Positions 17,222 through 25,290 are shown, counted from the first letter of the stretch. The stretch: 32,000 nucleotides of DNA from Candidatus Saccharimonadota bacterium (GCA_016699935.1 CP064992.1:840001-872000); one strand, 5' to 3'. The notes: generated from the sequence alone by a model not told the origin. Made by a program: numbers and translations.

Positions 17222-18014
17222 CTAAATCTCTATGCTCACCGGACAATGGTCGGAGCCCATGACTTCGGGGTGGATTTGGGTGTTTTTACCTGATGTGCAA
17301 TGTCTGAGCTAGCGAGCCAGTAGTCGATGCGCCAGCCAACATTGCGAGCCCGGGCATTGGCCCAATGTGTCCACCAGGTGTATTTTTCGGCTGCAGTGGG
17401 ATTAGCCGCCCGAAATGTATCGGTGTAGCCGGCATCCAAAAACGCTTGGAACCCTTTCGTTCTTCATCAGTGAAGCCGTGTTTACCGACATTGGCTTTCG
17501 GATTGGCAAGGTCGATTTCCTGATGAGCAACATTCATATCACCGCAGTACAGCACAGGCTTGATCTTCTCGAGTTCTTGTAAGTACGCCAGGCAGGCTTT
17601 ATCCCAGTGGTCGTAGCGAAGTTTCAGCCGGCTCAGGTCGCCTTTGCTGTTGGGCGTGTAGCATGTCACCACCCAATAATTCTCGTACTCCGCGGCGATG
17701 ATACGGCCTTCTAAATTTGGGTCACCGTAGCTGTCACCTGTGACAGCGAATTGTTCGATGATTTCACCTGGGAAGCCATCTATGTATCTGATAGGTTTCA
17801 CTTTGCTGAAGATTGCCGTGCCGCTATACCCTTTCTTAACAGCGCTAAAAAAGTGTTCATCGTACTGTGGTAAATCGAGTACAAATTGTCCTCGTTCGGC
17901 CTTTGTTTCTTGTAGACACAGCACATCAGGGTCGTGTTCGTCGATAAACTTTTGCAACAGCCCCTTCCCTAAAACCGCCCGTATACCATTCACATTCCAA
18001 CTGTATAGTTTCAT
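17222..18014 (-). CDS. xth: Exodeoxyribonuclease III (AP endonuclease family), with two frame breaks
   Basis: MKLYSWNVNGIRA...LCLQETK...CGDMNVAHQEIDL...RIDYWL. The true C-terminus IHPEVMGSDHCPVSIEI* is read in a third frame ending at 17222. The breaks are at 17460-17461 (..ERKG|FQAFLDAGYTD..) and about 17275-17289. Confidence 0.85.
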
Positions 18015-18169
18015 TATGAATAGTATACTGCGACTTACACAAAACTCTTGCCACCCCAGTCTCACCAGGACCGTCCAGAAGGCACTTTTCTGTCGTCATT
18101 GAACCTACGGGTTCACTTCCTCCAGATAAAGTATCTTCTGAATCATTCCTGGATGAGCCTGGATATGGC

Positions 18170-18194
18170 GCGATTTTGCGTAAGTCGAGTATAC
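18170..18194 (+). promoter_or_regulatory. Second copy of GCGATT-N2-GCGTAAGTCGAGTATAC, upstream of pyrH
   Basis: See 6629-6654. Here the motif ends 73 nt before the pyrH ATG. Confidence 0.4.
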
Positions 18195-18267
18195 GCTATA
18201 GCACAGTAATTCCGGGCTGTAGCTCATTGACTTGACGACCATCTCTTGAAAGGGCTATGCTTCCTAC

Positions 18268-18972
18268 ATGTATAAACGAATTTTACTCAAACTTTCAGGG
18301 GAACAACTACAGGGTGATAAAGAAGGCGGTTTCGACGCTGAGCGGGCAAAGTGGATAGCTGGGCAGATAAAATCTGCGGTTGATGCTGGGTCGCAGGTGG
18401 CAATCATCGTCGGTGGTGGCAATTATGCTCGCGGTGCACAACTCATGGGCAATGGCATAGTGGATGTTACGGCGCACAATGCCGGTATGCTGGCAACTAT
18501 TATCAATGCGATTACACTTGCTGATGTCTTCAATGCGGTTGGTCTCGAGACGCGCGCGTTGAGCAATATCGAGGTCAATCAGTTTATAGATAGCTACACC
18601 TTCCGTCGTGCCGTCAGTCACCTAGAAAAAAACCGAGTAGTAATAATTGGTGGTGGCACTGGCCGGCCGTTTGTAACAACCGATACTGCAGCAGTAAACT
18701 TGGCGCTTGAACTGAAGTGCGATGCGATCATCAAAACCACCAAGGTTGACGGCGTGTACGACAAAGACCCAATGAAGTTTGAAGATGCTCGTAAATTCGA
18801 TACCCTTAGCTATGACGAGGCACTTAGTAACGGTGATATACAAGTGATGGACAAAGCTGCGCTTGGTATGGCGCTAGAGGACAAAAAGACGCTCATAGTC
18901 TGCGACCTTCTCACCGAAGGCAACATCGCCCGCGCCGCCGCTGGCGAGGCTGTCGGGACAATAATCACCTAA
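18268..18972 (+). CDS. pyrH: UMP kinase
   Basis: YKRILLKLSGEQL...IIVGGGNYARG...VVIIGGGTGRPFVTTDTAAVNLALE...TKVDGVYDKDP, the canonical PyrH amino-acid-kinase-fold motifs. Confidence 0.9.
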   Translation: MYKRILLKLSGEQLQGDKEGGFDAERAKWIAGQIKSAVDAGSQVAIIVGGGNYARGAQLMGNGIVDVTAHNAGMLATIINAITLADVFNAVGLETRALSNIEVNQFIDSYTFRRAVSHLEKNRVVIIGGGTGRPFVTTDTAAVNLALELKCDAIIKTTKVDGVYDKDPMKFEDARKFDTLSYDEALSNGDIQVMDKAALGMALEDKKTLIVCDLLTEGNIARAAAGEAVGTIIT

Positions 18973-19102
18973 GCTACGTCGGAAAACCTGTGAGTGCCCC
19001 CATCATGGGACCACGTTTGGGGTTGTTGCTGAATGCGGACGCTTTGGTAAACTGAATCGTTGTGGTCCCACTCAACCATCTTTATGACATCTAAGATTTT
19101 CC

Positions 19103-19432
19103 CTACCGTTTCTTCGACTTTCCTAAAACTATGCCGGGGATTACTAACCCTTCGTGATCGATCAAGATGCTGATATCATGTTGTGGATCAGGCGATCCAC
19201 CGCCGTCATACGGACGAATAAGCAAACCAAACTCTTCCCCATCGGCGGAGTTAGGATTTTGATGATATAACGCAACTTGGTGAGTAGGGCTTGCGCCACA
19301 TGCCACACGAGTAGCGACCTCATCAGGTTTTCTTAGTATATCTGATGCGTGTGGTTTTGCCTCTTCGCTCGCCCGTGAGAGTTCGTCCAATAATAGGTAG
19401 CCAAAAGCCGTCGGTGTTTCAAAATGAGCCAT
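19103..19432 (-). CDS. Hypothetical protein (109 aa)
   Basis: I trimmed tracked ORF 19103..19540 to the ATG at 19430-19432 (MAHFETPTAF...), because the upstream 36 codons are the antisense-independent read-through of tRNA-Ser. Confidence 0.45.
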   Translation of the reverse strand: MAHFETPTAFGYLLLDELSRASEEAKPHASDILRKPDEVATRVACGASPTHQVALYHQNPNSADGEEFGLLIRPYDGGGSPDPQHDISILIDHEGLVIPGIVLGKSKKR

Positions 19433-19470
19433 ATAGAGTATTATAGCACAATATGAACTAAAAAGCAATT

Positions 19471-19560
19471 GTGGCGGAGGGAGAGGGATTCGAACCCTCG
19501 ATACCCTTGCGAGTAAACCGCCTTTCCAAGGCGGCGCCATAGACCACTAGGCGACCCCTC
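19471..19560 (-). tRNA. tRNA-Ser (anticodon GGA), 90 nt, type II, CCA encoded
   Basis: Hand-folded from the reverse complement: GGAGGGG-TC-GCC-TAGTGGTCTAT-GGC-G-CCGCC-TTGGAAA-GGCGG-(17-nt variable arm)-C-GAGGG-TTCGAAT-CCCTC-TCCCTCC-G-CCA. Confidence 0.9.
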
Positions 19561-19566
19561 CGTGAT

Positions 19567-19809
19567 TCATCGGTTAACCAATGATTTAAATGCTCGACCA
19601 CCTTTGTATGATTTGATTTGCATCTCGCGGCGGTATGCTTCTTGCTTGGTTAAGCATATTTCAGTATACACAATTTTCCACGGAAGATAAGGTTTTGTGG
19701 ACCGCGTATAACCAGAATTATGCTGATGTAATCTACGATTTAAATCATCGCTATGACCTACGTAATATCGTGAAAAGTGTACGGATTGTATTATATAAAC
19801 ATAGAACAT
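19567..19809 (-). CDS. GIY-YIG nuclease-domain protein (80 aa, UPF0213/YhbQ-like, catalytic domain only)
   Basis: FYVYIIQS...YYVGHSDDLNRRLHQHNSG...YTRSTKPYLPWKIVYTEICLTKQEAYRREMQIKSY contains the GIY...YVG motifs, the conserved R and the E...K of the GIY-YIG fold. Confidence 0.85.
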   Translation of the reverse strand: MFYVYIIQSVHFSRYYVGHSDDLNRRLHQHNSGYTRSTKPYLPWKIVYTEICLTKQEAYRREMQIKSYKGGRAFKSLVNR

Positions 19810-19824
19810 GGATTATTACTTATT

Positions 19825-19903
19825 CGCCTTTTCCCGCCTAAAGGCGGGACCCCGCCAAAAGCGGTGGCCAAGGCGGCGCCATAGACCACTAGGCGACCCC
19901 TCC
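19825..19903 (-). pseudogene. Partial tRNA-Ser copy B: exact 5' half, a 36-nt hairpin insertion after G35, then 7 nt of the 3' half
   Basis: GGAGGGGTCGCCTAGTGGTCTATGGCGCCGCCTTGG[CCACCGCTTTTGGCGGGGTCCCGCCTTTAGGCGGGA]AAAGGCG, after which homology ends 15 nt before the GIY-YIG ATG. Confidence 0.7.
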
Positions 19904-19945
19904 GTATGTACTGATGGTAATTAATTATCACTCAAAGAGCAAGTA

Positions 19946-20129
19946 AAGGGATTCGACCTACCTCCGGTAGGCCCGGAACTTCTCTGCATCAGGCACAGCC
20001 TGACCTGGAAGATTCCCCTGCGAAATGCCACAGGCATTTCTCGCCTCGATGCAGTTGCCCGCAAACCGCCTTTTCCCGCTTAAAGGCGGTGGCCAAGGCG
20101 GCATTCGTAGGCTACTAGGCGACCTCTCC
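19946..20129 (-). pseudogene. Degenerate tRNA-Ser-like copy C with a 19-nt anticodon-loop insertion and an 87-nt three-hairpin insertion in the T arm; no 3' acceptor strand
   Basis: GGAGAGGTCGCCTAGTAGCCTACGAATGCCGCCTTGG[CCACCGCCTTTAAGCGGGA]AAAGGCGG-TTTGCGGGCAACTGCAT-CGAGG[87 nt, 19957-20043]TCGAATCCCTT. The D stem can no longer pair. Confidence 0.6.
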
Positions 20130-20437
20130 GTACAAAAATATTGTACCAACATTATCTAAATGACCAAATTCCAAGCGCTAATGACCAAGCAATTTACGAA
20201 TGACTGAGCCAGACGAGCGCTTGCAAATTCCAATGTTCAAAATTCAAAAATTCACCAAGTACGTGCTATTACTATAGCTCATTTGGTAGTCGGAGCTTTG
20301 TTGTGCTTGGAACATGTGACGTGAAGATTATTATTGCCAAGCTAGGCACGATAGGATGGTGTTGCGAAAATTACTTTGGAAAATATTCCGCCTGTGGTTG
20401 CGCCTCTGTTGCTTTAAGCGGTACACTAGAATCAAGC

Positions 20438-21309
20438 ATGTCTCTGATAGAACTAAAAGACGTCAGCAAACTGTACGGCTTCGGCGATGCCACGAGTGTG
20501 GCTCTTGACGAGGTTAGCCTGAAGATAGAAAAAGGAGAATGCGTTGCGGTCATGGGTCCCAGTGGCAGCGGTAAAAGCACACTGATGAATATGATTGGGC
20601 TTTTAGACCACCCAACGCACGGGGACTACCTCTTTGGTGGGAAGCGGGTCAGTCGGCTTGCGACGAATCGTCGGGCGCGGATTCGCCGTGACAAGATTGG
20701 ATTTATATTCCAGTCCTTTAACTTACTTGGGCGTTTAACCGCAATTGAAAACGTTGCCCTGCCTCTACTCTACCGTGGGTTCCCAACCACAAAACGCAAT
20801 CACGCTGCTCGGGGATGTTGGAACGTGTGGGCTTAACCGACAGGTGCTACTACTATCCGAGGCAACTTTCTGGTGGCCAAACGCAATGTGTAGCGATTGC
20901 GCGGGCGTTGGTTAACGAACCAGAAATCATCATTGCCGATGAGCCAACTGGCAACCTTGATACCGAAAGTTCTCGCCTTGTTATGGAACTGCTCGGCGAA
21001 ATTCACAAAAGTGGCAATACCATTATTTTCGTTACGCATAACCCAGAGCTAACTCGCTATGCGACGCGAGTGGTCTATATGCAGGATGGTCTCATTAAAC
21101 ATGATGAGCAAACCAAGTTAGGCGAAGTTGGCCGCTATGTTAGCAAGTTTATGTACAAGGTGCCGACTGCAACTGAGGAAGATGACTTGGCGGGTGTGTC
21201 TGCGTTAATGAAAATACGCCCTGAGAGTACGCCTTCTGACAGTAAGATCCAGAAGAAGGCACGGAAACAAAGTGCTAAGCGCAAGGCGAAACGAAAGGCA
21301 GAGGCATGA
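20438..21309 (+). CDS. ABC transporter ATP-binding protein (MacB/LolD-type), with one frame break
   Basis: Walker [10 protein letters not shown], signature LSGGQ and Walker B IIIADEPT. ORFs 20303..20836 and 20815..21309 join if one G is added at the G4 run 20810-20813. I place the start at the ATG at 20438 (MSLIELKDV). The C-terminal tail is lysine-rich. Confidence 0.85.
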
Positions 21310-22505
21310 TAAGCATACGGAAGGGGTATCTCGGTCTTGCCATGCAAAGCCTCCGCGCCTCACGTACGCGAAGTTTTATGACTATGCTTGGGATTGTAAT
21401 TGGTGTAATGTCGGTCATTCTTGTGGTGGGGATTGGCCAAGGTGTCAAAGAGCAGATTGCGAACCAATCTGCTCGCTACGGCAAAGACGTCCTCATTGTC
21501 CGGCCAGATGCTTCGGCGAGTCCGCTCGGTGGCGTGACGAGTACGGCATTACTCGAACCTGCCGATGCTGATACGCTGCGACGGTCGCCGAAGGTACAGC
21601 AGGTCATACCGCTTAGTACCATGCGTGGTGCTATGAAGGGCGATCATACAGTGACCAACCCGCTTATTCTAGCTACAACCCCAGAGCTTGGCGACATTTT
21701 GCACCAAAAACTAGAATTCGGCGGTTTTTTCACTCCTGCGGACGGAGAAAAAGTCGCTGTGCTCGGAAAATCGGCTGCGGCACAGTTGTTTGACGATACG
21801 GCACCACTTGGCCAGCGTTTTTCCTACAGGGGTCAGGAGTTTGTGGTTAGCGGTATATTTCGCTCATTCACCGCTGCGCCTTTCTCACTTGAGGCAAATT
21901 ATAACGAAGCGGTTTTCATACCCTATGCTGCGGCGCAGTCGCTGCTTGGTTCGGCGCCACGCATGAATCAACTATTCGTGCAGGCAAAGCCAGGTGTTGA
22001 TCTCAAGACACTTGCCCCTGAGCTTCAAAAGGCTATATCAGATGTGCATGGTGGCACTGATGATGTCTTGGTTCTTGCGCCTGGGTCCAAAAAAGGTGTA
22101 GCTGAACCAACACTGAACTTGCTGAAGCTGATGACTATGTGTATGGCAGTCGTAGCGCTTGTTGTGGGGGGCGTCGGTATTATGAATATGATGCTCGTGA
22201 GTGTGACAGAGCGGATTCATGAAATTGGTTTGCGTAAGGCCATAGGCGCAACTAATAAACAGATACTACGGCAGTTTATTACTGAGGCATTTGCTTTATG
22301 TTTTGTCGGTGCACTAGTGGGTGTGCTGCTTTCGCTGGCTGCAGTTGGTGCGCTCAAAGCATATACCAGTCTTTCGCCAGTCTTGGTATGGCCAGTCGTG
22401 CTTGCGGCGCCGCTCGTTGCGCTTGCAACAGGAGTATTGTTCGGGGCTATCCCCGCCCTCAAAGCCGCCCGCATGGACCCCATCGAAGCCCTCCGCCACG
22501 AATAG
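21306..22505 (+). CDS. ABC transporter permease, MacB/FtsX family
   Basis: N-terminal TM, a roughly 220-aa periplasmic domain, and a C-terminal FtsX-type 3-TM bundle (...TERIHEIGLRKAIGAT...). There is an ATGA start/stop overlap with the ATPase gene. Confidence 0.85.
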   Translation: MISIRKGYLGLAMQSLRASRTRSFMTMLGIVIGVMSVILVVGIGQGVKEQIANQSARYGKDVLIVRPDASASPLGGVTSTALLEPADADTLRRSPKVQQVIPLSTMRGAMKGDHTVTNPLILATTPELGDILHQKLEFGGFFTPADGEKVAVLGKSAAAQLFDDTAPLGQRFSYRGQEFVVSGIFRSFTAAPFSLEANYNEAVFIPYAAAQSLLGSAPRMNQLFVQAKPGVDLKTLAPELQKAISDVHGGTDDVLVLAPGSKKGVAEPTLNLLKLMTMCMAVVALVVGGVGIMNMMLVSVTERIHEIGLRKAIGATNKQILRQFITEAFALCFVGALVGVLLSLAAVGALKAYTSLSPVLVWPVVLAAPLVALATGVLFGAIPALKAARMDPIEALRHE

Positions 22506-22549
22506 ATTGCACACAAAACTGAGTTCTTTATGCTGAAAGCTTAGTACTG

Positions 22550-23243
22550 CTCTTTTGGGTAAAAACTTTCGTTTTCTGTGAAGCTACTCTGACCATTTTC
22601 GATGATATTGAGCATATCGACACACGATTTGAATTTGAGCGCTTGGTCTGAATATTCTTTTTGTCATCCACTGTGCGTTAGCATGGGGCCAATTTTTTGG
22701 GTTTTGTCCTTCGAATCCGCTTGAAATATGATGAACAACTTATCTTCTAGAAGTTCTTTTGAATCTTCTGCATAATCTCGTTGGCGATAGAACCCACAGA
22801 AAGACACTGAAACATCGAGATTGGTCTGTTCTTTCAGCCCGCGTTTAGCTGCGTCTTCGAAATTTTCTCCCATTTAACTGGTTGACCAATAACTCCCCAA
22901 TACCAGTAGAATGGCTGTCGTAGGCGCTGGTGAAACAAATATTCTGTTTCGTTGGTCTCAGTATTTAATCTATGCAAAAAGATACTGTTGTAAGCTTGGG
23001 CTGTTTTAGTGGAGTCCGCTTTTCATAATCAAAGCGGTTGGCGAGCTCCTTTCCCTCTGGCGTCAACTCGTACTCGCCTACTTTGTTTTTCTCTGCTAAA
23101 CCCATCTCGACTATCTTGCGTAGATGAAATTTGAAGCTATCACTCGTCAATCCCGTGACGACCATCATATCTGAAAATCGTCGAGTCGGATTGTGCGCTA
23201 GCTCGCGGAGAACTGCGACTTGTAGCTTTGGTAGCTCCTGCAT
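22550..23243 (-). CDS. Winged-helix DNA-binding domain fused to a Nudix hydrolase domain, with a broken frame
   Basis: N-terminus LQVAVLRELAHNPTRRFSDMMVVTGLTSDSFKFHLRKIVEMGLAEK (wHTH). Nudix box G-ENFEDAAKRGLKEQTNL. The frame breaks at the A5 run 22976-22980 and the C3 run 22869-22871. A TGA at 22664-22666 is followed in-frame by 40 more sense codons ending at 22550. Confidence 0.65.
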
Positions 23244-23451
23244 AATATTATTGTAAGATACTGTGGCCTTTTCGTGAAGTTAGGGAAAGAAAGTACCCTA
23301 CACTTTTGCATCTTCGAAATATATAATTCCTAGCAGTGAAATATACAAAAACTCAGCTCGCAAAATATATCGTCTTTTTTCACGAACACGGTATGGTCGT
23401 GAGCTGGCAAAAGCAGCTCGGTATGACCGGTTCCGACCCGCTGGATATTCG

Positions 23452-24225
23452 GTGAGGCACTGGGAACGGCTGCTTGGACCGGATGTGAATAACCTGCGCC
23501 ACATGCGACAAACTATTGATGTCGCACTGTGGTTCGTACAGAATGAGAACGCCATCGAACCTAATAAGTTTTCAGCACAGGAGATTACGCAGTTGTATGT
23601 TACGGCAGCTCTTCATGACCAGGCAGAAGCTATCATGGGTGATATACCCCGGGGTCGTAAATCTAGACGACAAAGAAAGCTCGAGCAAGAGGTGTTGCGC
23701 GGTTACGAAAGTGAATTCGTGCCGCATATGCAATCATCAGAAAAGTATTTTTACAGAGTAGGTCGAGACGATATCGCATTCGGTAACACCCAACAGAAGT
23801 TGCCTGGTGCCTTCAGGGTTGTTGAGCTTATCGGATTTATGCAAAATGCTGCGGCCGCCGTTAGGCGACATGAGCAGCTCAGCAGCGCGTCGCTTTCCTA
23901 TCCAAAACGAGTTTTTATGGGTGTTCAAGACAAACAGATGCATACGGCAGTCAAAACCTCTCTAGAGCGTCTTGCTGCTGAAGTTTTTGGAAGCGGAGTT
24001 ATTGGTGAGCTTATACGTGCCGGCGAACGATTCCCTAGCGCTCACGTGTCTCTGCATCGACATGCCCATATCATTTCACTTGGTATGACCCGCGTACAGC
24101 TGCAGACGTTTGATTGGTACGAGACAGAGGATCCGGGTGCAACTAAGGGAGAAAAATCAAAACGTCTTCATGATTTCAGTGAGCAAAAACGTATCTGGGA
24201 TCAGTGGCGCTCGGCAAATAGTTGA
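23452..24225 (+). CDS. HD-domain protein (metal-dependent phosphohydrolase-like)
   Basis: ...YVTAALHDQAEAIMGDIP... matches the HD...E..GD signature. The GTG start is uncertain. An upstream ATG ORF (23392-23451) in another frame may be its true N-terminus. Confidence 0.55.
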   Translation: MRHWERLLGPDVNNLRHMRQTIDVALWFVQNENAIEPNKFSAQEITQLYVTAALHDQAEAIMGDIPRGRKSRRQRKLEQEVLRGYESEFVPHMQSSEKYFYRVGRDDIAFGNTQQKLPGAFRVVELIGFMQNAAAAVRRHEQLSSASLSYPKRVFMGVQDKQMHTAVKTSLERLAAEVFGSGVIGELIRAGERFPSAHVSLHRHAHIISLGMTRVQLQTFDWYETEDPGATKGEKSKRLHDFSEQKRIWDQWRSANS

Positions 24226-24272
24226 CACAGCGCACAGGCTCGGCAGCTGAAAACTTAGTTTAGAAAAATTGC

Positions 24273-24300
24273 ATTATAGGGTAATATATTGCCCTATAAT
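24273..24300 (+). promoter_or_regulatory. Palindrome ATTATAGGG-N10-CCCTATAAT overlapping a TATAAT box upstream of the Nudix gene
   Basis: 9-bp perfect inverted arms at 24273-24281 and 24292-24300. TATAAT lies at 24295-24300, 49 nt before the GTG start at 24350. Confidence 0.4.
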
Positions 24301-24349
24301 TTAAAGTATCTATGTTTTATAATTCTCGAGAATAATCAGGAGTTTTACT

Positions 24350-25231
24350 GTGAGTGGCCAAGAAGAGGTAACAAGAGAGCAATGGATTCAGCCACCACTA
24401 GGTGAGTCGCTTGGACTTCTAGCCCTCGAAGCATCTAGGAGCGCAGCATATTTTGGTGATTATGTATTCGAAGAAAACGAAGGTGTAGATAGAGATACGC
24501 TTACTCATGGTCTTGGTCGTCTTGCTGCTGAGCTGTGGGAGCTGCCAGATCCGAATTGGGGTGGATTGACAGATAGGGGTGGTTACGTAGCGTACCTAGA
24601 TCAAGTTGAAGAAGTGGGTGTCCCGAACTGTCTAGTGCCCGAGTACGGGACAACGATTGCAGATGGTGAAGCCATAATCGAAGACTACGCAGGGAAGCAT
24701 AAATTTGATCTCGTGTACGTTTCCGGTGTCACGGGAGTGAAGCAGAGTGATGAAGGCGTAACAGAAGTTTTTCTCTCTAGAACTAGTGGCAAAGACTGGA
24801 CATACCAGCCTCACGGTGGTGGTCGAACGGAGGGCGAAGGTTCCGTAGCAGCACTGCTTAGAGAAGTTGGCGAAGAAGCGGGTTGGGACGCAGCTGTCGC
24901 GCTGCTGCAGGCTCTAAAAAAAGGTACGGCGTACTATGCAGGTTATTATGCCTCACGAATTGGTGATGTTTTAGGTGAGAAGGCTAAAGGGGCGAATACG
25001 CTATTAGCCATACAATGCTTCATCGTAGACGGAAGAGCGTTGGAGGGAGTTAAGCTTAAACCAGGCTCTGACTCTGGGGGTGCTGAGTGGCTGAACGTCC
25101 ATGATTTACCTGAAGACTTTATCACGACTACTCAAATGGATTACTGGCTCAGAACATATTTTAGTGCTGAAGTCCCTAAATCAAAATACACTCACCCACT
25201 AGAAGGCTATGATGGCGTACCTAGGTCCTGA
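24350..25231 (+). CDS. Nudix hydrolase with a roughly 150-aa N-terminal extension of unknown function
   Basis: A complete Nudix box, GGGRTEGEGSVAALLREVGEEAGW (GX5EX7REUXEEXGU). Confidence 0.7.
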   Translation: MSGQEEVTREQWIQPPLGESLGLLALEASRSAAYFGDYVFEENEGVDRDTLTHGLGRLAAELWELPDPNWGGLTDRGGYVAYLDQVEEVGVPNCLVPEYGTTIADGEAIIEDYAGKHKFDLVYVSGVTGVKQSDEGVTEVFLSRTSGKDWTYQPHGGGRTEGEGSVAALLREVGEEAGWDAAVALLQALKKGTAYYAGYYASRIGDVLGEKAKGANTLLAIQCFIVDGRALEGVKLKPGSDSGGAEWLNVHDLPEDFITTTQMDYWLRTYFSAEVPKSKYTHPLEGYDGVPRS

Positions 25232-25290
25232 AATCTTACGAGCGCAAGCACCTAGCCGGTGACTATAACCTGTCGCTTTGGATAAAATGA

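Larger units (their letters stand above)
19561..19903 (-). mobile_element. 343-bp unit (partial tRNA-Ser copy plus GIY-YIG ORF) bounded by identical 38-nt direct repeats
   Basis: 19525-19562 and 19868-19905 are identical (38/38), with an offset of exactly 343 bp. The only coding content between them is the GIY-YIG ORF. The mobile-element call is an inference. Confidence 0.4.

Noticed and set aside
18990-19070. 8-bp inverted repeat GGGACCAC...GTGGTCCC enclosing about 50 nt after pyrH, considered as a terminator or sRNA
   Set aside because: The loop is far too long for an intrinsic terminator, no T-run follows, and a single 8-bp pair is not enough evidence to call a structured RNA.
19825-20129. 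Group I intron (with a GIY-YIG homing endonuclease) in the anticodon loop of tRNA-Ser
   Set aside because: The GIY-YIG ORF is followed by a complete tRNA, not by a 3' exon. The break point follows G35 rather than a U. The small inserts (19 and 36 nt) are far too short. I could not find convincing P3-P8 core elements, only a vague resemblance of GATGCAGAGAAG to group I J8/7-like sequence.
22664-22666. In-frame TGA as evidence for UGA recoding (genetic code 25, as in some CPR lineages)
   Set aside because: TGA terminates several genes at their expected ends (GIY-YIG at 19567, Nudix at 25229, HD at 24223). All other conserved genes lack internal TGA codons. A nonsense or indel error fits better given the error pattern of this sequence.
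23298-23555. Minus-strand 85-aa ORF spanning the divergent promoter region and the start of the HD gene
   Set aside because: It overlaps the HD-domain gene's 5' end and the AT-rich control region, has no motifs, and is most simply a chance ORF.
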